Positions 10,772 through 19,853 of a stretch of DNA of 64,000 nt are shown in pieces (position 1 is the stretch's first letter; each line of letters starts with the position of its first letter). The notes below the pieces were generated by a model. It worked only from the letters and a program-made list of their open reading frames with translations, made no database searches and was not told where the DNA came from. Origin of the DNA: an uncultured archaeon (GTDB lineage: Archaea > Asgardarchaeota > Lokiarchaeia > Sigyniarchaeales > SOKP01); the NCBI GenBank assembly GCA_964583985.1, contig CAZOYD010000002.1, positions 1-64,000 on the forward strand, read 5' to 3'. Both the position numbers and the translations under genes were made by a program.

Positions 10772-11128
10772 TGATTTTCTCTGCTCCTGAATTTCTTTTT
10801 CATTAAAAAGCTCTTTCTCGAGACTTAAATGGTGTTTTTAAGAATTTTAATGTTATAATTTTTCTTTAAAATTTAAGGTTATGGATCTTAAATCCTGAAT
10901 AGCAGAAATTTTCGGTAATGCTTAAAATTAGCTTCTGGAAACAGATACGCCTTCTCATTAGATAAAACCAAAATTTTTAAAGTGTTTCTGTTTTTTTATT
11001 ATTTCATGCCGGAAAGAAAAAAACAAATTCCTCAAAATTATCATATAAAATCTGAAAAAGCTCAAGCTTTTGAGGATTTAAGCAAACTTATAGGTAAACC
11101 CATTCCACAAATAGAAGAGATTAAATGG
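10670..11128. repeat. Perfect 39-bp inverted repeat (10670-10708 / 11090-11128) in the 5' ends of the two LRR-TIR genes
   Basis: ataggtaaacccattccacaaatagaagagattaaatgg present on both strands (IGKPIPQIEEIKW in both proteins). Confidence 0.9.
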
Positions 11129-12316
11129 AACACATTCGGAATTAAATATGAAGGAGGTAATTTAGTTGGATTAAATTTATATAATCAAGGATTGACGACT
11201 CTCCCCGAGTCAATAGGCAATCTTACTTCTCTGACACATCTTAGATTGAATAATAATCAGTTAACAAATCTCCCCGAGTCAATAGGCAACTTAAAATCAC
11301 TAGAAATTCTTGATTTAAGTACTAATAAATTCACAACATTTCCGGAGGTTGTGTTGAATCTTAAATTTCTTAAACAATTAAGTTTACAGAATAATAGATT
11401 AACGACGCTCCCGGAATCCATTGGGAATCTCACATCACTTAGATACTTAATGGTACATGGAAATGAGTTAATAACTCTCCCTGAGTCGATAGGCAATCTT
11501 TCCTCTCTCGTTATCCTACATATATATATGAATAAATTAAGGAATTTACCTGAATCCTTTTCTCAATTGAAAAACTTGGAGGCTGCTTCTTTAGCAAAAA
11601 ATGATTGGAAGGGAGAATGGCAAGAATTATCATCAAATGACGTTCCAAAAATTTTGAAGCTCTGTCGAAAATTACACGGGATTGATATTTTTATCAGTCA
11701 CGCTATGATAGATCAAGAAGAGTATCCAATCATTGAGCTCAATAAAAATTTGGAGAAATGTGAAGAAGTCCATAACGTGCATCTCTGTGAGGAAGATTTA
11801 AGAGATAGCATAAAAGCTTTTATGGATAATAACGTTCCTAAAAGCCAATTATTGATATTCATTGGTACGAAGAATTCCCTCAATTCTAAAGATTGTCTAT
11901 ACGAACTCTCATTAGCAAAAAAATTCAGCATTAAGATTTTACCTATCAGAGGAAATGACATATCTGTGGAAGATTTAAAGCAAATTGATTTGAGAGAGCA
12001 CGAGCAAGATTTTTTAGATTTAAGTATATTGAATGTTTTTGAATTCAATACTGAAGTTTTCGATAAGCTCCATGAGTATATTTCGAGCCATCAATCTGAA
12101 TTGAAAATGTTTAAAAAAGAACAAGAAAAACTTGAAGATGAGAAATCAAATATGTGGAAAAATCTCATGGATTTCGCAGATTCTAATGAATTTACGGAAC
12201 AATTAAAAGATAATTTCGAAGAATTCCAAAAGATTTTTCAAGATGTAAGGAACGATCGAATTACTAATTTAGAATATATTTTGAAATTAGGACAAATTAT
12301 TAGTAAAAACAATTGA
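10982..12316 (+). CDS. LRR-TIR protein 2 (about 6 LRRs + TIR domain + helical tail; likely start ATG 11006)
   Basis: LPESIGNL repeats, then IDIFISHA...LLIFIGTKNSLNSKDCLYELSLA...ILPI. Confidence 0.87.
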   Translation: MFLFFYYFMPERKKQIPQNYHIKSEKAQAFEDLSKLIGKPIPQIEEIKWNTFGIKYEGGNLVGLNLYNQGLTTLPESIGNLTSLTHLRLNNNQLTNLPESIGNLKSLEILDLSTNKFTTFPEVVLNLKFLKQLSLQNNRLTTLPESIGNLTSLRYLMVHGNELITLPESIGNLSSLVILHIYMNKLRNLPESFSQLKNLEAASLAKNDWKGEWQELSSNDVPKILKLCRKLHGIDIFISHAMIDQEEYPIIELNKNLEKCEEVHNVHLCEEDLRDSIKAFMDNNVPKSQLLIFIGTKNSLNSKDCLYELSLAKKFSIKILPIRGNDISVEDLKQIDLREHEQDFLDLSILNVFEFNTEVFDKLHEYISSHQSELKMFKKEQEKLEDEKSNMWKNLMDFADSNEFTEQLKDNFEEFQKIFQDVRNDRITNLEYILKLGQIISKNN

Positions 12317-12388
12317 TTCTAAATCCTCCAAATCTCAAAAACAAAAAAAAATGAAGCTAGGAATGAAAACTATATCAAATTTATTAAT

Positions 12389-13204
12389 TTAAAAATCATC
12401 CATGTCCTCATTGTCATCTTCGTCTTCTTCATGTTCGACTCTTGGTGCCAGAAATAGTGATAATTCACAATCGTTTTCCAATTTAAAAATGATTTTTAGA
12501 GGGTAATCCGATTTTAAGCCCATTTCTAAATTCATGGTGATTGATGATATTTTCAGGATGGCTTTTAAGAAATCGAGACTGTAGGAGCCCATGCAGGTTT
12601 CATTAATATTGCTAGAACGTAAATCTTCAAGATCGAGAAAATACTCCATTTCACCTATCGTTCCTATTGAGGAGAACAAGAGTCCTTCTCCTTCAGTAGC
12701 CTTTAAACTTAGCACTTCTGAGTAAATCTCCGCGTCTTTTATCGCTTCTACTAAAAATGCAGGTTCTATTTCCCAGTTAGTATTATATTCTATTTCATAT
12801 AATCTATCCAAGTGAAGATTTTCAATTTCGTTTTCTGAAAGTGCTAAACTAAAAGTACGCGTCAATTTTTTCTCTTCATCGGTTGTGCGTTGCAATTTTA
12901 TTTTTATTTTGTTATCTGCTTCCTTGAATGCTATTTCAAGCGAATCATTTAAAGTACTCCTCTTGAGGATCTTATCCAAATCATCTATATTTAGATCGAT
13001 ATCCAATTTCTTATCGCAAGAAAATTCATCGAAATCTTCCCCCTTGATCTTAAGCTGTAACAAACAAATACGACTATCGTCAAACGCAAGTATCGTTAAT
13101 CCCTTAGGGGTGATCTTGAACTTAGCCTCAGTGACAATACTCGCGAGAGTTTCGATAATGACTCTTAAGACCCGACTTTTATCTAATTTTAACGAAAATG
13201 ACAT
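12389..13204 (-). CDS. pcn: DNA polymerase sliding clamp PCNA with acidic tail
   Basis: AFDDSRICL, DLDKILKR, YSLDFL, DYPLKI, FLAPRVE motifs. Confidence 0.95.
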   Translation of the reverse strand: MSFSLKLDKSRVLRVIIETLASIVTEAKFKITPKGLTILAFDDSRICLLQLKIKGEDFDEFSCDKKLDIDLNIDDLDKILKRSTLNDSLEIAFKEADNKIKIKLQRTTDEEKKLTRTFSLALSENEIENLHLDRLYEIEYNTNWEIEPAFLVEAIKDAEIYSEVLSLKATEGEGLLFSSIGTIGEMEYFLDLEDLRSSNINETCMGSYSLDFLKAILKISSITMNLEMGLKSDYPLKIIFKLENDCELSLFLAPRVEHEEDEDDNEDMDDF

Positions 13205-13374
13205 AATTTAAACGTTCCTTTACTTTTTTCTTCGTGTTAAATATGTTTTAATGACAATATATATAAAATTCGGTATTAGACCTTTAATAAATACTTAGTA
13301 TTTATTTCTGGAATAATTATTTATAGTCACCTCAAAATTATAAAATTTTACCACAATTCGAGAAGGTATTAGAA

Positions 13375-13719
13375 ATGGAAGAAAATAAAGATAAATTAAA
13401 GACCTCCGCTAAACGCGTAATGATAAAAGATCTCGAACAAGTTGAGATCGGTTCATCAATTCAAATTATGGGATTTGTAAAAGGAAATATCGAAGGTCAA
13501 AAAATTATCCTCGATGATAAAACTGGAGAAATTACGATTCATATCAAAAAACTCAAATTTCCATTCAAGACGGGGGACATTGTGAATGTTTTTGCAAATG
13601 TCAAACCCACGATGGAGGGTGAAAAAAAATTGGAGGCTCTTTTTTTCCAAGACATGACTGGCCTCAATTTTGAGCATTACCAGACACTCTATGAAATGAA
13701 AAAAGAATTGATTAAATGA
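13375..13719 (+). CDS. Single OB-fold protein, RPA small subunit (RPA3/RPA14)-like
   Basis: KRVMIKDL...IMGFV...ILDDKTGEI...GDIVNVF...DMTGLNFEHY; divergent from PCNA. Confidence 0.65.
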   Translation: MEENKDKLKTSAKRVMIKDLEQVEIGSSIQIMGFVKGNIEGQKIILDDKTGEITIHIKKLKFPFKTGDIVNVFANVKPTMEGEKKLEALFFQDMTGLNFEHYQTLYEMKKELIK

Positions 13720-13831
13720 TTTTAATTTTTGAAAGAATAATTCTCAACCTTAACCCCTTTTTGAAGGAAAACTTTTTTAGAGATCCAACTTTTGTTAATA
13801 TAATCTACTTAATTTTAAAAAACTCTTTAAA

Positions 13832-14170
13832 ATGGTTTGTTTTTGCCCCGAATGTTCTAGTCTTTTACGCGAAAAAAATGTAAATGGAACGTATATACTA
13901 GCTTGTCGTTGTGGATATGAAGAAGTAAATGCTTCTCACGAAGCTGATCTGAAAAAAAAAATCGAAAAAAAGAAAAACGCAATAAGAAAGAATTTAGTCG
14001 TGATTAAAGAGGAAGATAAAATAATAGTCCACCCTTTAGTCTCTAAATATTGCCCTAAATGTAACCATAAGGAAGCAGAGGCTTGGCAAGAGCAGACCAG
14101 AAGTGCAGATGAACCAAGTACCTCGTTTTTTAAATGTACCAAGTGCAAGCATACTTGGCGCGAGTATTAA
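13832..14170 (+). CDS. tfs: Transcription factor S (TFS/RpoM family)
   Basis: FCPECSSLL N-terminal ribbon; CPKC...QTRSADEPSTSFFKCTKCKHTWREY. Confidence 0.94.
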   Translation: MVCFCPECSSLLREKNVNGTYILACRCGYEEVNASHEADLKKKIEKKKNAIRKNLVVIKEEDKIIVHPLVSKYCPKCNHKEAEAWQEQTRSADEPSTSFFKCTKCKHTWREY

Positions 14171-14215
14171 AAGAATATTCTCTTTTTCCAGGTATCACTC
14201 CTAGATACATGATTC

Positions 14216-14239
14216 TTCGTGAAAGGAATCTTTCACGAA
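14216..14239. other. Perfect 10-bp-stem inverted repeat between convergent tfs and GNAT genes (terminator or binding site)
   Basis: ttcgtgaaag-gaat-ctttcacgaa; function not demonstrated. Confidence 0.4.
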
Positions 14240-14309
14240 AAAAGGAAATTTTTTTCTAAAATTAAACGAATATGATCTATTTTTATAATGAATGAGAACC
14301 AAGCTGATC

Positions 14310-14765
14310 TTAGCGCTTATTTTTCAAAATTTTTAATATGTGAGTTACTTTAATACCACTTGATTGAATAAATCCCAAGGATTCATAAAAGGAACCAGCA
14401 TTTGGAATATCCGTGTATAATCGTAGCATTTCAAAATTCTCCACTGCCATATTAATAATTCTTCTAAGCAATACTGTAGCAAATCCTTTTCTACGATGTT
14501 TTTGTGATATATATACATGTCGAATTCGTCCTATACCAGGATCTTCGATATATGGATCAATATTCAATCCACCAATACCTATACATGAATTAGATAAAAA
14601 GATTCCGAGTAAAATCTCACCCTCCTTAGAAAAATCATTTATTCCGCTCTTCCAGTCGTCAATTGCTCTCCTTACGAAACTATAACCTTCAGAATACGCT
14701 TCAATAGCTAAATTTTTTAGTAATCCAAAAGATGAATCAGTAATTTGCTTGATTTCTACTTTCAT
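14310..14765 (-). CDS. GNAT family N-acetyltransferase
   Basis: RIRHVYISQKHRRKGFA acetyl-CoA motif; AGSFYESLGF. Confidence 0.88.
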   Translation of the reverse strand: MKVEIKQITDSSFGLLKNLAIEAYSEGYSFVRRAIDDWKSGINDFSKEGEILLGIFLSNSCIGIGGLNIDPYIEDPGIGRIRHVYISQKHRRKGFATVLLRRIINMAVENFEMLRLYTDIPNAGSFYESLGFIQSSGIKVTHILKILKNKR

Positions 14766-14805
14766 CGTGAAATCCAGCGATTGTTAGTATTAAAATTAGG
14801 AGATA

Positions 14806-15012
14806 TTAGGATAAAACTTCTAAAATCTTAGTTAAAACTCGTGCCTTGCCTCCAGTGGATTGTAACAGTACTTTCCCACATACAAGGCATTCGACATCCG
14901 TAGCAGAACATCCAAAAACAATCTGTTGATTTCCGCAATTCAAACATTTAACTCTTAAAAACCTGCTATTCGGTTGCGGGATCAAATCTTTTTCTTTTTT
15001 CTTCTTAGGCAT
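14806..15012 (-). CDS. rps27e: 30S ribosomal protein S27e
   Basis: [13 protein letters not shown]...[16 protein letters not shown]. Confidence 0.96.
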   Translation of the reverse strand: MPKKKKEKDLIPQPNSRFLRVKCLNCGNQQIVFGCSATDVECLVCGKVLLQSTGGKARVLTKILEVLS

Positions 15013-15027
15013 GATTAAATAACAACT

Positions 15028-15309
15028 CTATACTTCTTGTAATTCAAATTTTTTAACTCGATACGACTTTGCATATTGCTTCTTACCGCATTCTCCACAC
15101 TCTAATATGGGTAAAGTTCGTTTGTTTAACTTGGCGTTTTTATGAAAGATCTCCTTTGGAAATGAGCCGTAACCTCTCTTTTTTCTTTCAACTCTTCTTC
15201 TTCCCTGATTTAGCATACGCTCTTTCCCTTTTTTATATACCGATACATTATGCTGTGTATGTGTTTTACACTTAGGACAATAACGGTTAACTGTTCTTGG
15301 ATAACGAAT
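15028..15309 (-). CDS. rpl44e: 50S ribosomal protein L44e (full length, apparent ATT start at 15309)
   Basis: The 62-aa ORF-track call extends upstream in frame as (I)RYPRTVNRYCPKCKTHTQHNVSVYKKGKER, giving 93 aa; adjacent to S27e. Confidence 0.92.
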   Translation of the reverse strand: MRYPRTVNRYCPKCKTHTQHNVSVYKKGKERMLNQGRRRVERKKRGYGSFPKEIFHKNAKLNKRTLPILECGECGKKQYAKSYRVKKFELQEV

Positions 15310-15497
15310 ATGAATCCACTCGAGCTTTTGATGACAATCGATTAAAATGATATATTGTAATCTAATTAAGCAATAATTATAAATTTTATTATTTCCTTAG
15401 CCTAAGCTCTTAAATTATGAATTATTAGTCACGATTAATAGATAACATTTAAAATCATAGATTCATAATTTTAATAAATTTTTAGATTGGGATTGCG

Positions 15498-16418
15498 ATG
15501 TTTAAAGAAAAATTTAAAGAGGGAATTATAACCGCAAAAGATTTCACTAGGGATGATATTGAATATATACTGAAGAAAGCACGAGAAATGACCCGTAATG
15601 ATATAAATTCGCAACTTTTAAGCAATAAAATTTTAGCTACGTTATTTTTTGAACCCTCTACACGAACCAGGTTAAGTTTTGAATCTGCAATGCATAGATT
15701 GGGTGGAAGTGTAATTGGTTTTCATAAGGGAGATGTTTCATCGGTCACAAAAGGAGAAACGCTTGCAGATACGATCAGAACAGTAGAGAATTATAGCGAT
15801 TGTATTGTAATTCGTCATAATTTGGAGGGAGCAGCAAAATTAGCGTCGAAGTTTTCGAAAATTCCTATTATAAATGCGGGTTCGGGTAGTGGTGAACATC
15901 CTACTCAAGCATTATTGGATCTATTGGCCATAACTGAAGAAGGACAAAAGTTGGACGGTATGAATATCGGAATCATGGGTGACCTCAAGTATGGGAGAAC
16001 TGTTCATTCTTTAACGATTCTTTTGTCTAATTATGATGCGAATATCTATTTAATAAGTCCAACTGAACTGATGTTAAGAAATCGAGATAAGGATTTCCTA
16101 CAAAGAAGGCAAGTGAAATATAAAGAAATCACCCAGTATCGTAGGATTTTAGATGTGCTTGATGTGTTATACATGACACGAATCCAAAAAGAAAGGTTTC
16201 CAGATCAAGAGGAATATGATCGAGTGAAGAATTTTTATGTATTTAGAACAGAAGATCTTGAGGATACAAAAGAAAATTTCAAACTCATGCATCCCTTACC
16301 GAGAATTACAGAGATCTCTCCAGAAGTAGATAGTTCCCCCAAGGCTATTTATTTCAAGCAAACTCACTATGGTATTCCAATGAGAAAAGCAATATTAGCA
16401 GAATTATTATCTGATTAA
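15498..16418 (+). CDS. pyrB: Aspartate carbamoyltransferase catalytic subunit
   Basis: FFEPSTRT, HPTQALLD, GDLKYGRTVHSL, MHPLPR. Confidence 0.97.
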   Translation: MFKEKFKEGIITAKDFTRDDIEYILKKAREMTRNDINSQLLSNKILATLFFEPSTRTRLSFESAMHRLGGSVIGFHKGDVSSVTKGETLADTIRTVENYSDCIVIRHNLEGAAKLASKFSKIPIINAGSGSGEHPTQALLDLLAITEEGQKLDGMNIGIMGDLKYGRTVHSLTILLSNYDANIYLISPTELMLRNRDKDFLQRRQVKYKEITQYRRILDVLDVLYMTRIQKERFPDQEEYDRVKNFYVFRTEDLEDTKENFKLMHPLPRITEISPEVDSSPKAIYFKQTHYGIPMRKAILAELLSD

Positions 16419-16426
16419 ATTTTGCC

Positions 16427-18382
16427 TTATTTTATGAATAACGCATTCATTTTGGATGTTTTTAATAAATTCAATAAGTTCAACCGACTTGCATCATCAT
16501 CAATGTCTTGAAAATAAAAAAAGTTCCCCCCATCAAGTATTGATTGGAATTTTTTAAACAATTCAAGCTGTTTATCGATTGGTAGAGTCGTTTCTTGTCT
16601 AATAATGGAACTAGAATAATATTTTGACTTTAATGAAGGATCAATAGGATTGTTATTGGAAAAATTTATCAAATGATGGGGTTGAGTTAAGACATAATTT
16701 TCTTCTAATCTTTTATTTTTTTTGATGATCCTTTGCTTTATTTTCCCCAATACTTTCAAGGAAAAATTCTCACTAACTTCAATTCGATCCAACTCAATTC
16801 CACAATGATGTTCTATTGCCTCGTTTAATCCTATAAAGCTTACTGCTTTTGTTGAATATTTTATGAGATTTTCTGGCGTGTCATTAAAATATGTCTCACA
16901 TGCATTAATCCAACGCTTTTGAGAATTCAATTTCTGGTTAACTAACTCTTTTTTAATTTCAAAAAACTTGAATACGTTAGAAACTTGCTCGTGCAGATTT
17001 TCTTCAAAAATATCATCATCTCCATTTGAATTTATTGCGATTTTATGCAAGTTTATCAAAATCTTGTCGAGGATTATATGATTAGCATTGAGCGGTTCTT
17101 GGAGAGGACGTGCTTTTTTTATACTAATCGCAGTTGAATTTAATGCTCCAGTCATTTCTTTGCTATAAAAAAGAACATTATTTTCAAGTTGTGTAAGGAT
17201 TTGATGGTAATCTAAAAGATCCATGCCCACATATTCAAATAAAATAAGTGGAAGAACGTTTACCAAATTTGATGTGCATCCCTTAATCATGCAATCGAAA
17301 AATGATCCAACTTCAGTTTTGCATTCTTTCTTGTTAAATGAAAAATCTAAAGATATTGCTGGTCCAGCATTGAGAAAAGCATTATTGTGGTTGTTTAATT
17401 TAAGCAATTCCAGTACTAAAAATGTAAATGTTGACTCATCATGTCCTTTCAAGTAAGGTAATAGGGCACTATCGAAATTACCCAGAACTATATCTTCAGA
17501 TAAATATGGATGAATACTTGAAACGCTCGTCATGAATGAGTGAATCAAGCGGAAAATCTTTCGAGGATCATTCGAATTATTTTGCATGTCAAGATTTTCT
17601 TTGTCAATTCCATCCAAAAATGTATTGGTATTTATATAAGCACCAAGTGGCCGTAAACTCCAATAATTCAAGTTTAAAAGAATGATATCTCCAGAAAGAT
17701 ATGAATCGGCAAGATCTCTCGGCAGTAAATTCAGAAGTATAAATTGTTCTGAGACGTCAGATCCAAGTTCATGGATAAACTGTTCCGGATTAAGGTGAAG
17801 GTTGTTAAATAATTTCTTAACTTCAAAAGGAGGAGTCCCTAAACGTGTTAATCTATGTCTCACGTGTTCTAATCCATTTTCTAATAAAATTCCATTTATA
17901 TATTCACGCATTAGGGGAGTGGTTAAATATTCTACTTGAGTTCGAGATAATCTATTGCTGACTTCATTTGCAATTTGCTTAGCTTGAAATAGTTCCATTC
18001 CCCCCTCTCTTACTAAATATTCCTCAATATTTCCAATATTAAAGGGTTCTGTCGAATATCTTGAAGTACGGATCATTATGGATTTATCTTGATCGGCAAG
18101 AATCTGTTCCATTGAAACCATATTTCCTAAAATTTTCTTGCCCAATGAAGTTAGGAGGTAACCTTCATCAGATGTTTCTATCAAATCGTTTGTTTTTAGT
18201 ACTTTAAGATGAAAGGAAAAATTTACTGAATTGGGATTTGATCCTAAGACTTGTTTTTGAAGCAAGGAATAACTGATAGGAATCGAGCTTTTATCCAGGT
18301 TCTTTAAAATATCTATTCTAATCTTTTGACCTAATATTTTTAATTGATGTTCTAACAAGTCACTGTTTTTGTCGGAATGCAC
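16427..18382 (-). CDS. Winged-HTH + ATP-cone + degenerate class III RNR (NrdD)-like protein
   Basis: ArsR-like N-terminus (RIDILK..SFHLKVL..YLLTSLG); ATP cone (IRTSRYSTEPF...YLTTPLMREYIN..LLENG); NrdD-like RHRLTRLGTP, LLPRDLADSYLSGDI, INL, FIGLNE, GGN. No C-terminal Zn or glycyl-radical motif. Confidence 0.7.
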   Translation of the reverse strand: MHSDKNSDLLEHQLKILGQKIRIDILKNLDKSSIPISYSLLQKQVLGSNPNSVNFSFHLKVLKTNDLIETSDEGYLLTSLGKKILGNMVSMEQILADQDKSIMIRTSRYSTEPFNIGNIEEYLVREGGMELFQAKQIANEVSNRLSRTQVEYLTTPLMREYINGILLENGLEHVRHRLTRLGTPPFEVKKLFNNLHLNPEQFIHELGSDVSEQFILLNLLPRDLADSYLSGDIILLNLNYWSLRPLGAYINTNTFLDGIDKENLDMQNNSNDPRKIFRLIHSFMTSVSSIHPYLSEDIVLGNFDSALLPYLKGHDESTFTFLVLELLKLNNHNNAFLNAGPAISLDFSFNKKECKTEVGSFFDCMIKGCTSNLVNVLPLILFEYVGMDLLDYHQILTQLENNVLFYSKEMTGALNSTAISIKKARPLQEPLNANHIILDKILINLHKIAINSNGDDDIFEENLHEQVSNVFKFFEIKKELVNQKLNSQKRWINACETYFNDTPENLIKYSTKAVSFIGLNEAIEHHCGIELDRIEVSENFSLKVLGKIKQRIIKKNKRLEENYVLTQPHHLINFSNNNPIDPSLKSKYYSSSIIRQETTLPIDKQLELFKKFQSILDGGNFFYFQDIDDDASRLNLLNLLKTSKMNALFIK

Positions 18383-18689
18383 TTTACTTATCCTGTTATT
18401 TACTATCTCAAATCCTCGTTATCTAATTATTGCACGTGACCGTATTTAAAATTTAGGACGAAATTGATTTTACACTAATTTTTCATAATACATGGGTGAT
18501 ATATCTGCCAATTTCACAAAATAATGCATCTACAAATATTATTAATGCAAAATGATAGGGTAATGAAACAATAGTAGAATAATATTCAATAATATGGTTT
18601 CTTTTTACCGCGATAATTTATGATTATCATCGAGTTTAATATGATGATTAAAAAGCAAGTGTATAAATTTAAGGTTAAAAATGTAATTT

Positions 18690-19307
18690 TTAACGCGCAG
18701 ACACGGCAATTCGTTCAATTTCATCCTTTTTTTTCACGGCACGCGATTCTTGACTGTTTTCCGCTGCAAGCATTAATTCTTGTGCCAAGTTTGCTGCGAA
18801 ATCTCTCTCATTTGAATGAGTTCTTGCACTGATTGCTTGAACTATGTATTTTATGCCAAGATCTACGCGTCGTTGGGGAGAAATATCAACTGCAGATGCG
18901 TAACTGATTCCCCCCATCGCGATTCTCGTAGTTTCTTCTCTAGGCGAAGAGTTACATATTGCATCAACGATTACCTGAATAGGATTTTGACCAGTATTCA
19001 ATTCAATCAATGTAAATGCGTTTATCACCATTTTAATTAACTTATTCTTTTTCCCCGAATTATAAGAGCTTTTTCTACCTTTTATTTTAGAGTCAATAAA
19101 ACCCGGGGATAATAACCTATTGATAAAACGCTCAATGATTGATACGCGTGTGGTTTTCCAAAACCTTCGATGCTCATGTCTTCCACAACTTTGAGGAATG
19201 ATTATAGGTTTTAAATTAATATATGACTCCAGCGTCCAATCAGAAATTTCTATTTCATCAAAAGACCATTTATCAAATAATTTTATTTCAGTATCAGTTT
19301 TACTCAT
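18690..19307 (-). CDS. rps7: 30S ribosomal protein S7
   Basis: KLFDKW, NPIQV, SPREETTRI, AVDISPQRRVD, KKKDEIERIAVSAR. Confidence 0.97.
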   Translation of the reverse strand: MSKTDTEIKLFDKWSFDEIEISDWTLESYINLKPIIIPQSCGRHEHRRFWKTTRVSIIERFINRLLSPGFIDSKIKGRKSSYNSGKKNKLIKMVINAFTLIELNTGQNPIQVIVDAICNSSPREETTRIAMGGISYASAVDISPQRRVDLGIKYIVQAISARTHSNERDFAANLAQELMLAAENSQESRAVKKKDEIERIAVSAR

Positions 19308-19320
19308 GATTATTTCCTCT

Positions 19321-19755
19321 TTAACGTAGGGGTTTTTCTCTTTTTCCAGAAACTAATGCTTCCAAAGACACGCCATTTACTTTTACAACTCTCCATCTGA
19401 CACCGGGAAGGTCTCCAATTGAACGACCCTTTGCACCACCAATCCCTTCAACGGTAACTCGATCGTGTTCTTCAATGAAGTTTAAACTACCATCTCCTGG
19501 AAGGAAGGCTGTAATGGATTTTCCATTTTTCTTAAGTTGTACGCGTACGCATTTACGAATTGCGGAGTTGGGCTGTTTACTCTCCCGTCCTACCTTTTGT
19601 AGCACAATCCCAAGAGCCTGAGGTGCTCCTTCGAGCGGATCTGAATGTTTTTTTAATTTCAATTTTGTTCGTTTATAATTTGTTTTCGACCAGCGGAATT
19701 TTTTACGGTTTGTTCGCAATTGTCGAGCAGCATATAAACCTTTTGGTTTTGACAT
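19321..19755 (-). CDS. rps12: 30S ribosomal protein S12
   Basis: [23 protein letters not shown]. Confidence 0.98.
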   Translation of the reverse strand: MSKPKGLYAARQLRTNRKKFRWSKTNYKRTKLKLKKHSDPLEGAPQALGIVLQKVGRESKQPNSAIRKCVRVQLKKNGKSITAFLPGDGSLNFIEEHDRVTVEGIGGAKGRSIGDLPGVRWRVVKVNGVSLEALVSGKREKPLR

Positions 19756-19853
19756 TTTCTTTTCCTATATCGAGTAAGTTAATTAGATGATATTAGATAA
19801 TATGGGTATTATTTCCTTAAACTTAAAATTTATGAAATTAGATAAGTATTGAT

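Noticed and set aside
9880-11560. Recurrent ~69-bp-spaced motifs as a CRISPR array or DGR repeats
   Set aside because: They are the codons of LPESIGNL in 23-aa LRRs; no cas or reverse transcriptase gene is present.
14217-14772. 8-bp tcgtgaaa on both sides of the GNAT gene as a target-site duplication
   Set aside because: Too short, one copy is part of a hairpin, and there is no transposase; chance cannot be excluded.
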